A stretch of DNA of 64,000 nt from Bacillota bacterium. GTDB taxonomy: Bacteria; Bacillota; DTU025. The stretch lies in the NCBI GenBank assembly GCA_050951805.1, contig JBMNJT010000002.1, positions 928,001 to 992,000 on the forward strand. Direction: 5' to 3'. The notes under the pieces were generated by a model, which saw only the letters and a program-made list of their open reading frames with translations, was not told where the DNA came from and searched no databases. A program made the translations under genes and the position numbers. Within the stretch, counting starts at the first letter, position 1, and every line of letters begins with the position of its first letter. Positions 38,110 to 49,032 of this stretch are shown one piece after another.

Positions 38110-40095
38110 TTGAGGACGTTCACAGAGGGGGCTGTGCGATTGCGTTGCATCGAGAGGCGCTTGAGGGTGTTGATCATCATGCTCACAGCGTTCGTCTGTT
38201 TTTCAGGATCTGCGTTAGCCGACAATCCATGGGTCCTTCGAATTGCGCAAGGCAATGGCTTTGTCGAAATAGCGGACGGCATAGTCTGCGTTGACAACGG
38301 ACCATTCGTGCTCATGCGTTCTCTCGCCGCGGGCCTTGGAGGAGATCTAACCTGGATAGAATCGACAAAAGAATCGGTGTTTACTACGGACAGAACTGTT
38401 GCGGTGATAAAGGCGGGACAAAGGACTGCTTACATCAACGGGCAGGAAGTTGAGCTCTCGTCGCTGCCTGACCTGTCCACCGGGCGAATAGCGATAAGCG
38501 TCAAGGACCTAGCGTTGCTCGGCTTGAAAGCAGGCGTCGATTTCGATCTCGGGACGGTCACAGTTGCCTACCAGAGAACTTCTGTTTCATCCGCTTCGTT
38601 TTCGGTGGAAGATGGAAGAGTGACGATCATTGTCGAGGCGGACGGCGGTTTTGAATGCTCTGACTTCATTCTGCGTCAACCGGATCGGGTGGTAGTGGAC
38701 ATACATGATGCTGTGCTGTCCCCGTCCTTTCAGGGGTTCGATGTGTCCTACGGTGCAGTGCAGCGCGTAAGAGCCGCCATGAACAGGCCTGGGGTTGTCC
38801 GAGTGGTCGTGGATCTCAATGCTCCATTGGGATACACCATATCGTATGAGCCCGGAATGCCGTCCCGATTGGCCATTCGCTTCAACACGCTCGTCGGGGA
38901 GATCCGACTCGACCAAGATACGAGCATTCCCAGGTTGCGAGTGAAGGGCGACGCTCCAATAGAGCACGGTTCTCCTGTGGATGACGGGGGCGGTTGTTGG
39001 CACATTGACATGAAAGGCACAACGGCGGCAGGTGGGATCACCGCTCTTCGGGACGAGATCGGCCCTGTTAACTGGGTTAAAGCATCTCAGCCGGAGCCAA
39101 CCACGGCAAGACTCGAATTCGGTTTGAAGAAGGGATACTCCCCAATTGTTCGTTCACCTGAATCCAATGCCAACGAGCTACTGATCGATTTCGCCATCAC
39201 TGTATCGAAAATGGATGTGTTTGAGGAACCTGGGTGCACAGTGATCCAGATTGTGACCTCGGGGCCCGTGGAGTTCAAGACTTTTAGGCTCAGGAGTCCG
39301 GAACGTATTGGGGTTGATCTTCCGGGTGTGTGGGCAGGGGGATATGGTTCGCTGCCGGTGGAATCCGCTGGGGTGGAGAAAATCAGATTTGCTCAGTTTA
39401 CTGCTGACGTAGGCAGAATTGTGTTGGACCTGCAGCCCGAGGCGACTCGGTGGGCGCATTCAGTCGAGATCTCGGCCGACAGGACGACGGCCACTATCAG
39501 AGTGGGGAGCTCACCCATTTATGGACGGACTGTCATGCTGGATCCGGGCCATGGTGGATCAGATCCGGGCACAGTCCATGACGGCCTCTATGAGAAGGAG
39601 ATCAACCTTGACATTGCGCTCCGTGCGAGAGACCTATTGGTGAAAGCCGGGGCCACTGTGGTTATGACGCGCGAAGATGACTCTACAGTTCCCCTTGGCG
39701 ACAGGCCCCGCATGGCCAATGAGGTGAAGCCTGACGCATTTTTATCGATCCATTGTAACTCGGTGCTCAATGTTTTTCCGTGCGGAACTGAGACCTACTA
39801 CTATAATATGGTTGATTACAGCCAGGAGCTAGCCACACAGATTCACTATTGCTTGCTTAAAGAGATCATGCTGGTTGACAGAAAGGTTCGCCGCAAGGAC
39901 TATTACGTTCTCAAGGAGACACAGGTGCCAGCTGTGCTGGTGGAAGTGGGATATATGTCTACAAGTGAGGAAAACGAGAAGCTCCGTCAGCCTGAATTCA
40001 GGCAGAAGGCTGCTCAGGGGTTGGTAAATGGGCTCGCTGCTTACTTCGACAGTGACGTCTACGCTCGGTGGCGGACTGAAGTTAGGGCCAAGTGA
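38110..40095 (+). CDS. N-acetylmuramoyl-L-alanine amidase (Amidase_3) with stalk and AMIN domains
   Basis: Signal peptide; PDRVVVDI and PERIGVDL AMIN-like motifs; LDPGHGG, EKEINL, SIHCNS, LVEVGY. Confidence 0.9.
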   Translation: MRTFTEGAVRLRCIERRLRVLIIMLTAFVCFSGSALADNPWVLRIAQGNGFVEIADGIVCVDNGPFVLMRSLAAGLGGDLTWIESTKESVFTTDRTVAVIKAGQRTAYINGQEVELSSLPDLSTGRIAISVKDLALLGLKAGVDFDLGTVTVAYQRTSVSSASFSVEDGRVTIIVEADGGFECSDFILRQPDRVVVDIHDAVLSPSFQGFDVSYGAVQRVRAAMNRPGVVRVVVDLNAPLGYTISYEPGMPSRLAIRFNTLVGEIRLDQDTSIPRLRVKGDAPIEHGSPVDDGGGCWHIDMKGTTAAGGITALRDEIGPVNWVKASQPEPTTARLEFGLKKGYSPIVRSPESNANELLIDFAITVSKMDVFEEPGCTVIQIVTSGPVEFKTFRLRSPERIGVDLPGVWAGGYGSLPVESAGVEKIRFAQFTADVGRIVLDLQPEATRWAHSVEISADRTTATIRVGSSPIYGRTVMLDPGHGGSDPGTVHDGLYEKEINLDIALRARDLLVKAGATVVMTREDDSTVPLGDRPRMANEVKPDAFLSIHCNSVLNVFPCGTETYYYNMVDYSQELATQIHYCLLKEIMLVDRKVRRKDYYVLKETQVPAVLVEVGYMSTSEENEKLRQPEFRQKAAQGLVNGLAAYFDSDVYARWRTEVRAK

Positions 40096-40148
40096 GGGTC
40101 TGGTGGATGACGTTGTAACTCTTTGCGCGGCAGGAGTATAATAATCAC

Positions 40149-41000
40149 ATGCAGTACAGAAGTGTAGGCGTTTTTGATTCAGGAGTGGGCGGTCTCACCG
40201 TCGCCAGGGCTATTATGGAGGTCATGCCCGGCCAGGACATAGTCTATTATGGGGATACTGCGCGGATGCCCTATGGGGATAAACCGCCCGAGGAGATAGT
40301 TCGCTATGCGCGGCAGATAATCTCGTTCTTGGTTGAACGCGGCGTCAGCGCTGTGGCAGTAGCATGTAATACGTCGTCTGCCATCGCTGTGCCAGTTATC
40401 GGGCGCGATTTTGATGTTCCCGTTGTGGGGATGATTCAATGTGGAGCAGCTGCAGCGGCAGAAGCCTCTCGATCGGGCCGCATAGGCGTTATCGCGACAG
40501 CAAACACCGTGCGGAGCGGGGCATATTCGCGGGCGATTGCTAACCTTCGCCCCGGCGCCAGTGTTTTGGAGCAGGCGTGTCCGATGCTCGTGCCCATGGT
40601 CGAGCGTGGAGAAGTCTCAGGTCCCCGTGTCAGAGAGGTTGTTGCAGGATACCTAGATCCGCTGTTGGAGGCGGGCATTGATACTATCGTCTACGGTTGC
40701 ACCCACTATCCATTTTTGGAAGATGAGATAAGGGCAGTGGCCGGTTCATCAGTTGCCCTGGTTGATCCGGCCATAAAGGTTGCGTCGGCTGTTAAGACAG
40801 CCATTGGGGAAGATGGGCAGATGGTAAAAATGCGTGGAGGATTGCCTTCGTTTGTGACCAGTGGCGATCCGTGTGCCTTTTCCCAACTAGTTCGCTCTCT
40901 GCTCGGTTGGAACGTGCAAGAAGTGTGGCATGTGGATCTTGACGCGGCTGAGGCCAGCGCTGGAAAATGCAGTTTGCCTGGGCGAGCAGATCTAGAGTAG
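40149..41000 (+). CDS. murI: Glutamate racemase
   Basis: FDSGVGGLTV, ACNTSS, GCTHYP. Confidence 0.95.
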   Translation: MQYRSVGVFDSGVGGLTVARAIMEVMPGQDIVYYGDTARMPYGDKPPEEIVRYARQIISFLVERGVSAVAVACNTSSAIAVPVIGRDFDVPVVGMIQCGAAAAAEASRSGRIGVIATANTVRSGAYSRAIANLRPGASVLEQACPMLVPMVERGEVSGPRVREVVAGYLDPLLEAGIDTIVYGCTHYPFLEDEIRAVAGSSVALVDPAIKVASAVKTAIGEDGQMVKMRGGLPSFVTSGDPCAFSQLVRSLLGWNVQEVWHVDLDAAEASAGKCSLPGRADLE

Positions 41001-41020
41001 AAACACCGGGAGGTATGGAG

Positions 41021-41863
41021 TTGGGCAGGCTTGAACTGACAATCATCGGCAATCAGGGCCCATATCCGGGCCCCGGCGGGGCATGCTCGGGTTATCTTGT
41101 GAGATCCCAGGGCGCCACGGTCCTAATCGACTGCGGACCCGGGGTGATGCCCAGGCTCCAGCAGCATATCGATGTTTCAAGTCTGGATGCCGTTGTTATC
41201 AGCCATTTCCACCCCGATCATTACTCCGATTTTCTCACAATGCGATATGCGTTTCAGTACATTGAGTCAACCGGCCGGATGGGCTGTCCTGTGACCCTGG
41301 CGCTTCCTGCAGTAGATGCCGAGTGGTTCTTGCGGGAGATCATTGGGGAGGATTATAAGCCGCTCTTCCGCATCGTCCCCATAGAACATGGAAGCCGTCT
41401 GGAGATAGGCGGCAGAGTGCGCGGCGGGGATTGCGGGCTGGTCCTGGACTTTCGGTTGATGAGCCACGCCATCCCTAGCTTTGGGACGATCGTGTATGCA
41501 AGCCAACCTGAGCATGGGTCTCGGGCGCCGCTTGCCTACACGTCAGACACCGGACTCTGCGAGTCTTTGGAGGAAATGGCTGCGAGCTCGCATACACTAT
41601 TGGTTGAGGCATCTATGCAGGAAGGCGACGCACAGCGGAGTTCTGCAGGCCATCTTGCCGCTGCGGAAGCCGGCAGAATTGCTTCAGAACATGGAGTCGC
41701 CCGAGTGCTTCTCACGCATTTGCACCCCGCCAAGCTGCTCGAAAGATCGGTTTGCGAGGCAAGCGAAGCCTATGGCGGGCAGGTAGAGATTGCTGCCATG
41801 GGGAAGACTTATGCCTTAAGAGAGCAGCTTGCTGAGGAAATGGAGGATGAGAATGAGGTTTGA
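41021..41863 (+). CDS. MBL-fold metallo-hydrolase (RNase Z-like)
   Basis: [23 protein letters not shown]. Confidence 0.88.
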   Translation: MGRLELTIIGNQGPYPGPGGACSGYLVRSQGATVLIDCGPGVMPRLQQHIDVSSLDAVVISHFHPDHYSDFLTMRYAFQYIESTGRMGCPVTLALPAVDAEWFLREIIGEDYKPLFRIVPIEHGSRLEIGGRVRGGDCGLVLDFRLMSHAIPSFGTIVYASQPEHGSRAPLAYTSDTGLCESLEEMAASSHTLLVEASMQEGDAQRSSAGHLAAAEAGRIASEHGVARVLLTHLHPAKLLERSVCEASEAYGGQVEIAAMGKTYALREQLAEEMEDENEV

Positions 41864-42605
41864 TGGAAGAACGCCGGAACAGATGCGTCCATTTAAGATA
41901 ACAAGGCATTACATAAAGCACGCGCCCGGCTCGGTTTTGGTGGAGATGGGCGATACACGGGTGCTGTGTGCCGCGACATATGAGGAGAGGCCGCCGATGC
42001 ATGTGAAGGGTTCGGGTCGCGGCTGGGTTACTGCGGAGTATGCGATGCTTCCGCGGGCGACGATTGACCGAACGCCAAGGGAGAGGAATACCGGAAGAAT
42101 TGCCGGGCGTACGCAGGAGATACAGAGGTTGATAGGGAGATCCCTGAGATCCGTGGTTGATATGGAGTCTTTGGGCGAATGCACCATTTGGATTGACTGC
42201 GATGTGATTCAGGCAGATGGCGGCACGAGGACGGCTTCTATCACTGGAGCCTATGTTGCCTTGGTGGACCTCCTGGACTCGATGGATCAGTGGAAAGGGA
42301 AGCCGCTCCCAGTATCCGATTTTCTGTCAGCCATAAGTGTCGGCATTGTGGATGGCCAGTTGATGCTCGACCTGTGCTATGTTGAGGACTCGCATGCTTC
42401 GGTCGACATGAACGTAGTAATGACCGAGGGAGGAAAGTTTGTAGAAGTTCAGGGGACAGCCGAAGGGGAGCCCTTCGCACGCGAGTCGCTCGACTCAATG
42501 CTGGAATTGGCTGAGAGTGGAATCCGCGAACTCTGTGCGCATCAACGCCGTGCACTGGGCGAGCTAGCCGAGAGAGTCGGCATCAATGGTGAGAACAACA
42601 GATGA
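41853..42605 (+). CDS. rph: Ribonuclease PH
   Basis: [33 protein letters not shown]. Confidence 0.96.
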   Translation: MRFDGRTPEQMRPFKITRHYIKHAPGSVLVEMGDTRVLCAATYEERPPMHVKGSGRGWVTAEYAMLPRATIDRTPRERNTGRIAGRTQEIQRLIGRSLRSVVDMESLGECTIWIDCDVIQADGGTRTASITGAYVALVDLLDSMDQWKGKPLPVSDFLSAISVGIVDGQLMLDLCYVEDSHASVDMNVVMTEGGKFVEVQGTAEGEPFARESLDSMLELAESGIRELCAHQRRALGELAERVGINGENNR

Positions 42606-43201
42606 AACGGCTTGTGGTGGCCACGTCAAATCGTGGAAAGTTTGAGGAGATTGTACACATACTATCTGGCCTTGATATCTCTGTCGAGAGCCTGTCTGAT
42701 TATCCAGGTATGGTACAAGCGGAGGAAACAGGGGAGACGTTCCGTGAGAATGCGCTGGAGAAGGCTATTGCTGCAGCGAGGCATACTCATCAGGTAGCTT
42801 TGGCTGACGATTCTGGGCTTGTTGTGGATGCTTTGGGGGGTGCCCCCGGAGTGATGTCGGCGAGATATGCAGGCGCAGGTGCTTCCGATAGTGACAAATA
42901 CAGGAAGCTGCTTTTGGCAATGGAAGGCGTGCCTGAGGGTGAGCGTACGGCGAGATTCGTATGCGTTGTGGCGATTGCAGCTCCAGATGGCCGAGCCTGG
43001 ACAGCAGAAGGTATTGTGGAAGGCGTCATAACCAGAGTTCCCCGGGGGAATGGCGGATTCGGTTATGATCCTGTGTTTCTCGTCCCGGAACTGGGGCTGA
43101 CCTTCGCTGAAATCGACCCGGAAACTAAGAATCGAATATCCCATCGTGCACGGGCCCTTGCCAGGTCAATCCCTATGGTACAAGAGGCATTGGGTATTTG
43201 A
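42602..43201 (+). CDS. rdgB: XTP/dITP diphosphatase
   Basis: ATSNRGK, ADDSGL, GFGYDP, KNRISHR. Confidence 0.95.
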   Translation: MKRLVVATSNRGKFEEIVHILSGLDISVESLSDYPGMVQAEETGETFRENALEKAIAAARHTHQVALADDSGLVVDALGGAPGVMSARYAGAGASDSDKYRKLLLAMEGVPEGERTARFVCVVAIAAPDGRAWTAEGIVEGVITRVPRGNGGFGYDPVFLVPELGLTFAEIDPETKNRISHRARALARSIPMVQEALGI

Positions 43202-43226
43202 CGCGCGCCTGGGCGTATGGTAGACT
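43198..43226 (+). promoter_or_regulatory. SigA promoter of tRNA-Pro
   Basis: TTGACG-N17-TAGACT with TG extension. Confidence 0.7.
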
Positions 43227-43235
43227 CGTATTGTT

Positions 43236-43312
43236 CGGGGCGTAGCTCAGTTTGGTAGAGCGCATGGTTTGGGACCATGATGTCGCAGGTTCAAATCCTG
43301 TCGCCCCGACCA
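43236..43312 (+). tRNA. tRNA-Pro (TGG)
   Basis: CGGGGCG/CGCCCCG acceptor stem, CATGG-TTTGGGA-CCATG anticodon arm, TTCAAAT T-loop, encoded CCA. Confidence 0.96.
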
Positions 43313-43339
43313 TTCGTTGAAAAGTGATAATGGGTCCAT

Positions 43340-43640
43340 AAAGGTGATGACGGAGAGTAGTAGGTTGGGAGTTGCCCAGACAGGGAGGGTGTGCCGTGAC
43401 TGCAAGCGCCCCGGGTAAGGCCCCATCGCGAATTCGCTCCCGAACCGCACGCTGAAAGACGCCAACCATGAGAAGGTTCATGTTCTTGTCCCCAGTGGCG
43501 TTCTGGTAGGTGTAGACGGGGGCCTCCCGTTACAGGGGCAGGGCATGAAGTGTGCCTGATGAAGAGGCCTAACGGCGAAGATGGGTGGTACCACGTAGTC
43601 CACGACTTGCGTCCCATGCGCACAGTCGTGGGCTTTTTTC
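43340..43640 (+). promoter_or_regulatory. T-box riboswitch with Phe (UUC) specifier
   Basis: Stem I AGGGAG and GACTGCAA motifs; GAA-TTC at 43430-43435; T-box AAGATGGGTGGTACCACG; terminator CCACGACT/AGTCGTGG plus T6. Confidence 0.88.
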
Positions 43641-43672
43641 TATATGCAGAACTTTTCGGAGGCGGGCTGAGG

Positions 43673-44548
43673 GTGACACATAAGCGGGCGAAGAAAGTGA
43701 GGCTCGATGCCTTGCTGGTCGAGCGGGGCCTCGTAGAGGATTTGAAGAGCGCAAGGGCATGGATAATGTCGGGAGACGTTATCGTTGATGACATCCGGGA
43801 AGACAAGCCTGGAACGTTGATAAGGCCCGAGGCTACTATAAGGATGAGGGGCAGGAACATACCTTTCGCAAGCAGGGGCGGGCTCAAGCTGTCAGCCGCT
43901 CTCGACGCCTTTGGAGTTGATGTCAGCGGAAGGATAATCTTGGACGCAGGCGCTTCCACCGGCGGTTTTACAGATTGCCTTCTTTCCAGGGGCGCTGCGC
44001 GCGTTTACGCTGTCGATGTAGGTTACGGTCAGCTCACGGGAAAGCTTCGCCAGGATCCGCGCGTCGTCAATATGGAGAGGACCAATATAGGGGATATTGT
44101 GCTTGGGCAGCTCGACCCGGTACCAGACATGGGGGTTATCGATCTTTCATATCTATCGCTGTCGGTTGCAATTCCGACTGTGGCCAGACTACTTGCGCCC
44201 TCGGTGCCTGGGGCCGAACCGGAGATCATTGCTCTAATAAAGCCTCTGTTCGAGGTAGCTGCTTCAGGACCTGATCTCACACGGGATCAATACAGAGCTG
44301 CTGTAGAGAGGGGATTGCGTGCTGGAGAGGGGATCGGCTGGTTTGCCCGTGGGGTCATGGCGTCGCCTGTACTGGGATCAGGAGGAACACTGGAGTTCCT
44401 CGCACATTACAGCCTTGGCAAAGTCCACGGCGACTTGGACGAGAAGATAGATGAAGCTGTGTGTTCAGGCATGCAGCTTGTGGAAAATGCCGGTAGCCCG
44501 CATAGCCGGGCGGGAGGGATGGAGGAGAGTGATGAAGGAAATGAATGA
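43673..44548 (+). CDS. tlyA: TlyA-family rRNA 2'-O-methyltransferase
   Basis: S4 domain RLDALLVERG; SRGGLKL, DAGASTGGFTD, LIKPLFE. Confidence 0.9.
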   Translation: MTHKRAKKVRLDALLVERGLVEDLKSARAWIMSGDVIVDDIREDKPGTLIRPEATIRMRGRNIPFASRGGLKLSAALDAFGVDVSGRIILDAGASTGGFTDCLLSRGAARVYAVDVGYGQLTGKLRQDPRVVNMERTNIGDIVLGQLDPVPDMGVIDLSYLSLSVAIPTVARLLAPSVPGAEPEIIALIKPLFEVAASGPDLTRDQYRAAVERGLRAGEGIGWFARGVMASPVLGSGGTLEFLAHYSLGKVHGDLDEKIDEAVCSGMQLVENAGSPHSRAGGMEESDEGNE

Positions 44549-45560
44549 CAAAGTGGAAGCAGTGGTTGAAAGAGCGCTGTCTGCGATAGAAAATGCGCAC
44601 ACGACTGCTGCCTTAGAGGAGGCGCGGGTCAGGCTCCTCGGGCGTAAGGGCGAACTGACTACTCTCTTGCGCCAGATGAAATCTGTTGATCCTGAAGACA
44701 GGCCGAAGTTCGGAGCTTTGGTCAATTCTGCGCGCGAAACAATAGAGAAGGAACTGGATGAGAGGGCCCGCGTGCTTGTGGCTGCGGAAAAGGCGGCAAG
44801 ACTTGAGCTGGAGAGAATAGATGTGACGATGCCGGGCAGGGCGCCCCGCATCGGGAAGATTCATCCTCTTACCCGAGGAATAATGGATATTACCGAGATC
44901 TTCGTTGAAATGGGGTTTTCGGTTGTTGAAGGGCCTGAGGTTGAGACTGACTACTACAACTTTGAGGCATTGAACACCCCCAAATATCATCCAGCCCGCG
45001 ATGTACAGGACACGTTCTACGTCAATGATACAGTATTGCTTAGAACTCAAACCTCGCCTATGCAGGTTAGGGAGATGGAAAAACGCGAGCCTCCGGTGAA
45101 AGTGGTTGTTCCCGGGAGAGTATACAGGCGGGATCAGGTGGATGCAACACACTCTCCTGTTTTTCACCAGATAGAGGGCCTTCTAGTCGATCATGACATA
45201 ACATTTACGGATCTCAAAGGCACGCTTGCCATGTTTGCACGCAAGTTTTACGGTGAAGAAAGGAAGGTCAGGTTCAGGCCGCATTATTTCCCATTTACAG
45301 AGCCTTCAGCTGAAATGGATATCTCATGCGCTATTTGCGGGGGCGCCGGCTGCAGGGTATGCAAACAGGAAGGCTGGATTGAAGTGCTCGGCTGCGGTCT
45401 GGTCCACCCTAACGTGCTTCGCGCGGTAGGGTATGATCCGGATGAGCTTACCGGATATGCCTTCGGCATGGGAGTGGAGAGACTCGTGATGCTAAAACAT
45501 GGCATAGACGATCTGAGGCTGTTGTACGAGAATGACCTGAGGTTCTTGTCGCAGTTTTGA
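44532..45560 (+). CDS. pheS: Phenylalanine--tRNA ligase alpha subunit
   Basis: HPARDVQDTFY, LRTQTS, FPFTEPS, NDLRFLSQF. Confidence 0.97.
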   Translation: MKEMNDKVEAVVERALSAIENAHTTAALEEARVRLLGRKGELTTLLRQMKSVDPEDRPKFGALVNSARETIEKELDERARVLVAAEKAARLELERIDVTMPGRAPRIGKIHPLTRGIMDITEIFVEMGFSVVEGPEVETDYYNFEALNTPKYHPARDVQDTFYVNDTVLLRTQTSPMQVREMEKREPPVKVVVPGRVYRRDQVDATHSPVFHQIEGLLVDHDITFTDLKGTLAMFARKFYGEERKVRFRPHYFPFTEPSAEMDISCAICGGAGCRVCKQEGWIEVLGCGLVHPNVLRAVGYDPDELTGYAFGMGVERLVMLKHGIDDLRLLYENDLRFLSQF

Positions 45561-45585
45561 ACTGGTTGAAGAGGGGTGAGAATAA

Positions 45586-48045
45586 GTGCTTGTGCCACTT
45601 AAATGGCTTTCCGATTATGTCGATATAGATCTTTGTATCGATGAGCTTGCAGATAGGCTGACAATGAGCGGGACCAAAGTGGAGACTGTAACAGATATCG
45701 GGGATAGGCTCAATCGTATTGTTGCAGGAAAAATAGTCTCTGTAAGCCCGCATGAGAGTGTCGGCCGTCTTCGCGTGGCTACTGTAGACTTGGGCCCGCG
45801 CCAGGCGCGGAGAACTCTGGTAACGGCCGCTGCGAATATTGGCAGGGGTGACATTGTTCCAGTGGTCTTGGCGGGCGGGACGATCGCCGATGGAACGGAG
45901 ATAGGTGAGGTAGATTTTTCCGGAGTTAGGTCGGAGGGAATGCTCTGTTCAGCCAAGGAACTTGGGATTTCTTCTGATGGATCAGGCATTCTGCGCTTGC
46001 CCGACGATATCAAACCCGGGGACGACGTAGTCTCTGCTCTGGGATTGGCTGACACTGTGATAGAACTGGAGATAACGCCGAACAGGCCTGACTGCCTCTG
46101 CATGATCGGGATCGCGCGCGAGGTTGCTGCTATTACAGGTGCAACCCTCAAGATGCCCAACACCGCACTAAAAGAAGGCAGTGAGCGGGCAGAAGAACTT
46201 ATCAGCGTGAAGATTGATGCCCATGACCTGTGCTCTCGGTACGGAGCCCGGGTAATACAGAAGGTTTCTATAGGCCAGTCTCCAATCTGGATGCAGGTTC
46301 GGCTGTCAGCTGCAGGCGTGAGACCGATCAACAACGTGGTGGATGTGACGAACTACGTCATGTTAGAGGTGAATCAACCTCTCCATGCGTTCGATTACGA
46401 TCGCATGTCGGAGCATGCCGTTATAGTCAGGCGCGCTCGTTCCGGCGAGGTCATTGTTACACTCGATGGCGAAGAACGCAGGCTTGACCCGGAGATGCTC
46501 GTTATTGCAGATCCAGGCTCAGCCCTGGCTGTGGCGGGCGTGATGGGCGGGCTTTCCACGGAGATTACCGAGGATACATGCACTGTCTTGTTGGAATCGG
46601 CTACGTTTGCTCGCCAGAGTGTCTGGAGGACTTCTCGAAGTCTGAAGCTTCGAACTGAGGCATCATCACGATACGAAAAGGGGTTGGACCCGGAGACGGT
46701 TCCTTTGGCTCTGGATCGCGCTGGCCATCTGCTCGAGGCGATTGGGGCAGGTGTTGCTGCATCTGGAATTGTGGACGCCTATCCATCAACGGCAGCTGTT
46801 AGGGTTATAAGTACGGATGCGGCCAGGATATCAAGGCGGCTCGGCGTGGATGTGAGCTCCGATGATGTCGCGGATTCCCTGGGTCGCTTGGGTTTCTCTG
46901 TACGTGTCGAGAGCGGGGCGAACAAGGCCAAGTCCGAGGGAGGCTCGCTTGTTGTTGAAGTTCCAACTTTCAGAGGGGACGTTCAGGAAGAGATAGATCT
47001 CGTGGAAGAGGTCGCCCGAATGTGGGGCTATGATAGGATTCCGACGACAGTTCCTGCAGGAGCCCACGTCGGAGGATACACATACGAGCAAAAAAAGGCC
47101 ATGCAGGCGAAGACGATCCTGACGGGCGCAGGCGCGAGCGAGGCACTTACGATCCCATTCATGTCTGTGGCCGATCTTGACATGCTCAGGGTTGGGCAGG
47201 GCGACCCTTTGCGCGATGCTATTCGCATTGACAACCCCATGGTCGAAGAGCAATCGTACATGAGGACTACGATGTTGCCGTCAATGCTTGCGGCTATTCG
47301 AACCAACATCAACAGGGGCAATAGGGGAGTATGCCTATTCGAGCTAGGCAAGACTTACTTTCCGTCCCAAAGCCTCAAACGTGGAGAAGAGCTTCGTAGA
47401 GGCGAGAATCCGGCCGTCGAGAGACAGGTTCTTGTATGCGGCATGGCCGGTGCATATACCCCGCGTATCTGGCATACTCGTGAACGTGACTACGATTTCT
47501 ACGATGCAAAGGGAGTGCTGGAGGCGCTTCTTGAAGGGATGGGCGTGGACGGAGCAACCTATGTTCAGACGGTGCGCCCTTCATTCCATCCTGGGCGGAC
47601 GGCTTCCATAGTATGGGAAGATAGGGAACTTGGCGTTATCGGAGAGGTCCATCCCGATGTTTCAGAGGCGTACGGCGTTGCCGGACGCGTCTACATGTTC
47701 GAGCTGGACTTTGCAAGAATGTTGGAAGCCGTAGATGAAGCGAAGTCATACGAGCCATTGCCGAGGTATCCGGCAATAGAGCGTGACGTGGCAATGGTGT
47801 TGCCTCGCGCAGTCTCCATTGCAGATGTGGCTGAGCTTATCGAAAAGACCGGGGGGGAGCTTGTTCGCTCTGTCACGCTGTTCGATGTTTACGAGGGCTT
47901 GCCTGTGCCTGAGGGAAAGCGGAGCATCGCCTTTACCGTAACCTACCGCGCCCAGGACCGCACCCTCACTGATGAAGAAGTCAACCGCCTGCACGAGGAG
48001 GTCAGGAAGGCTTTGACGGACGAGATGGGCGCAGTCCTTAGATAA
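45586..48045 (+). CDS. pheT: Phenylalanine--tRNA ligase beta subunit
   Basis: SEGMLCS, ITPNRPD, INNVVDVTNY, DLVEEVAR, RTLTDEEV. Confidence 0.97.
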   Translation: MLVPLKWLSDYVDIDLCIDELADRLTMSGTKVETVTDIGDRLNRIVAGKIVSVSPHESVGRLRVATVDLGPRQARRTLVTAAANIGRGDIVPVVLAGGTIADGTEIGEVDFSGVRSEGMLCSAKELGISSDGSGILRLPDDIKPGDDVVSALGLADTVIELEITPNRPDCLCMIGIAREVAAITGATLKMPNTALKEGSERAEELISVKIDAHDLCSRYGARVIQKVSIGQSPIWMQVRLSAAGVRPINNVVDVTNYVMLEVNQPLHAFDYDRMSEHAVIVRRARSGEVIVTLDGEERRLDPEMLVIADPGSALAVAGVMGGLSTEITEDTCTVLLESATFARQSVWRTSRSLKLRTEASSRYEKGLDPETVPLALDRAGHLLEAIGAGVAASGIVDAYPSTAAVRVISTDAARISRRLGVDVSSDDVADSLGRLGFSVRVESGANKAKSEGGSLVVEVPTFRGDVQEEIDLVEEVARMWGYDRIPTTVPAGAHVGGYTYEQKKAMQAKTILTGAGASEALTIPFMSVADLDMLRVGQGDPLRDAIRIDNPMVEEQSYMRTTMLPSMLAAIRTNINRGNRGVCLFELGKTYFPSQSLKRGEELRRGENPAVERQVLVCGMAGAYTPRIWHTRERDYDFYDAKGVLEALLEGMGVDGATYVQTVRPSFHPGRTASIVWEDRELGVIGEVHPDVSEAYGVAGRVYMFELDFARMLEAVDEAKSYEPLPRYPAIERDVAMVLPRAVSIADVAELIEKTGGELVRSVTLFDVYEGLPVPEGKRSIAFTVTYRAQDRTLTDEEVNRLHEEVRKALTDEMGAVLR

Positions 48046-48165
48046 AACATGTGCGTGCGAGAAAATGCAGGAATCTGCAATATTGTTGGCAAACAATCTA
48101 CGTGATAGGACCTGATTGCCGAGGGGTGTCAGGAGCCGCATCATGGATGCAGGAGGGTGATGCTG

Positions 48166-48444
48166 ATGTTGACGGAGCAAGGTCCCGATGGATTAGATCA
48201 GGAAGGCGTGCGGGTGTCCGCAGTCATCTTGGGTGAGGAATACGTGATACGCGGGGATACCGAGGCAGAACAGATTGAATCCTTGGCTAAGGAAGTTGAC
48301 TTGCGAATGAAAGCGATAGCGGAGGCCAATCCGAGGTTGTCGTCTCAGCAAGTTGCTGTGCTCTCTGCCCTCAATCTCATGGGAGAACTCGTTGTGTCAA
48401 AGCGTCGCTACTCTGATCTCCTTGACCTGTTGGAGCAGGTTTAG
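48166..48444 (+). CDS. zapA: Cell division protein ZapA
   Basis: ILGEEYVIRG..VDLRM..AVLSALN; conserved position after pheT. Confidence 0.85.
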   Translation: MLTEQGPDGLDQEGVRVSAVILGEEYVIRGDTEAEQIESLAKEVDLRMKAIAEANPRLSSQQVAVLSALNLMGELVVSKRRYSDLLDLLEQV

Positions 48445-48462
48445 ATACGGAGGTGAGGCTTT

Positions 48463-49032
48463 TTGACTGTCTCGTCTCTTGATTGGCTTAGCATAGTCCT
48501 CATAGTGATACTCGTTGCAGACTTCGTTGTGGGCTATCGTCGCGGATTTGTGCGGCAACTATTCGATATTGCGGGCATAATAATCGCAATCCTCGTTGCG
48601 GCCAACCGCTGGCAGGGCGCTTCCGGTCTTCTGCAGAAATGGTTTCCAAAACTGCGGCCTCCCGGCGCTCACATGGTAGGCTTTTTGGCATTGCTCATAA
48701 TCACTTTAGTAGTGGTCGATTTGATCGGGCAGGCATTGTCATCGGCCGTGAGCGCCTCGGGAGTGTCGGCGCTTAACTGCTTTGGCGGCGCTGCGCTGAG
48801 AATCCTCAGGTCCTGTCTTATCATCAGCATCGTGCTGGTGGCCCTGGTCTCGTTGAGGATACCCAGCCTTACCAGGACTGTGGAGTCTTCTCCCGTTGCC
48901 ATGAAGATAATCAAGGTTGCGCCTTCCATATGGGACGGGTTTGAGAAGTTCATGCCGGAGCAATTTCGTCCTTCGGGACCTGGGGGGGCGAAAGGTGAAC
49001 CAGCTAAACCTGGCGGTGGCGGCTTCATTTAG
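48463..49032 (+). CDS. CvpA family membrane protein
   Basis: GYRRGFVRQL; four TM segments; synteny zapA-cvpA-polX. Confidence 0.85.
   Translation: MTVSSLDWLSIVLIVILVADFVVGYRRGFVRQLFDIAGIIIAILVAANRWQGASGLLQKWFPKLRPPGAHMVGFLALLIITLVVVDLIGQALSSAVSASGVSALNCFGGAALRILRSCLIISIVLVALVSLRIPSLTRTVESSPVAMKIIKVAPSIWDGFEKFMPEQFRPSGPGGAKGEPAKPGGGGFI

Noticed and set aside
43236-43312. tRNA-Pro as an integration site
   Set aside because: No integrase and no duplicated tRNA 3' end noticed
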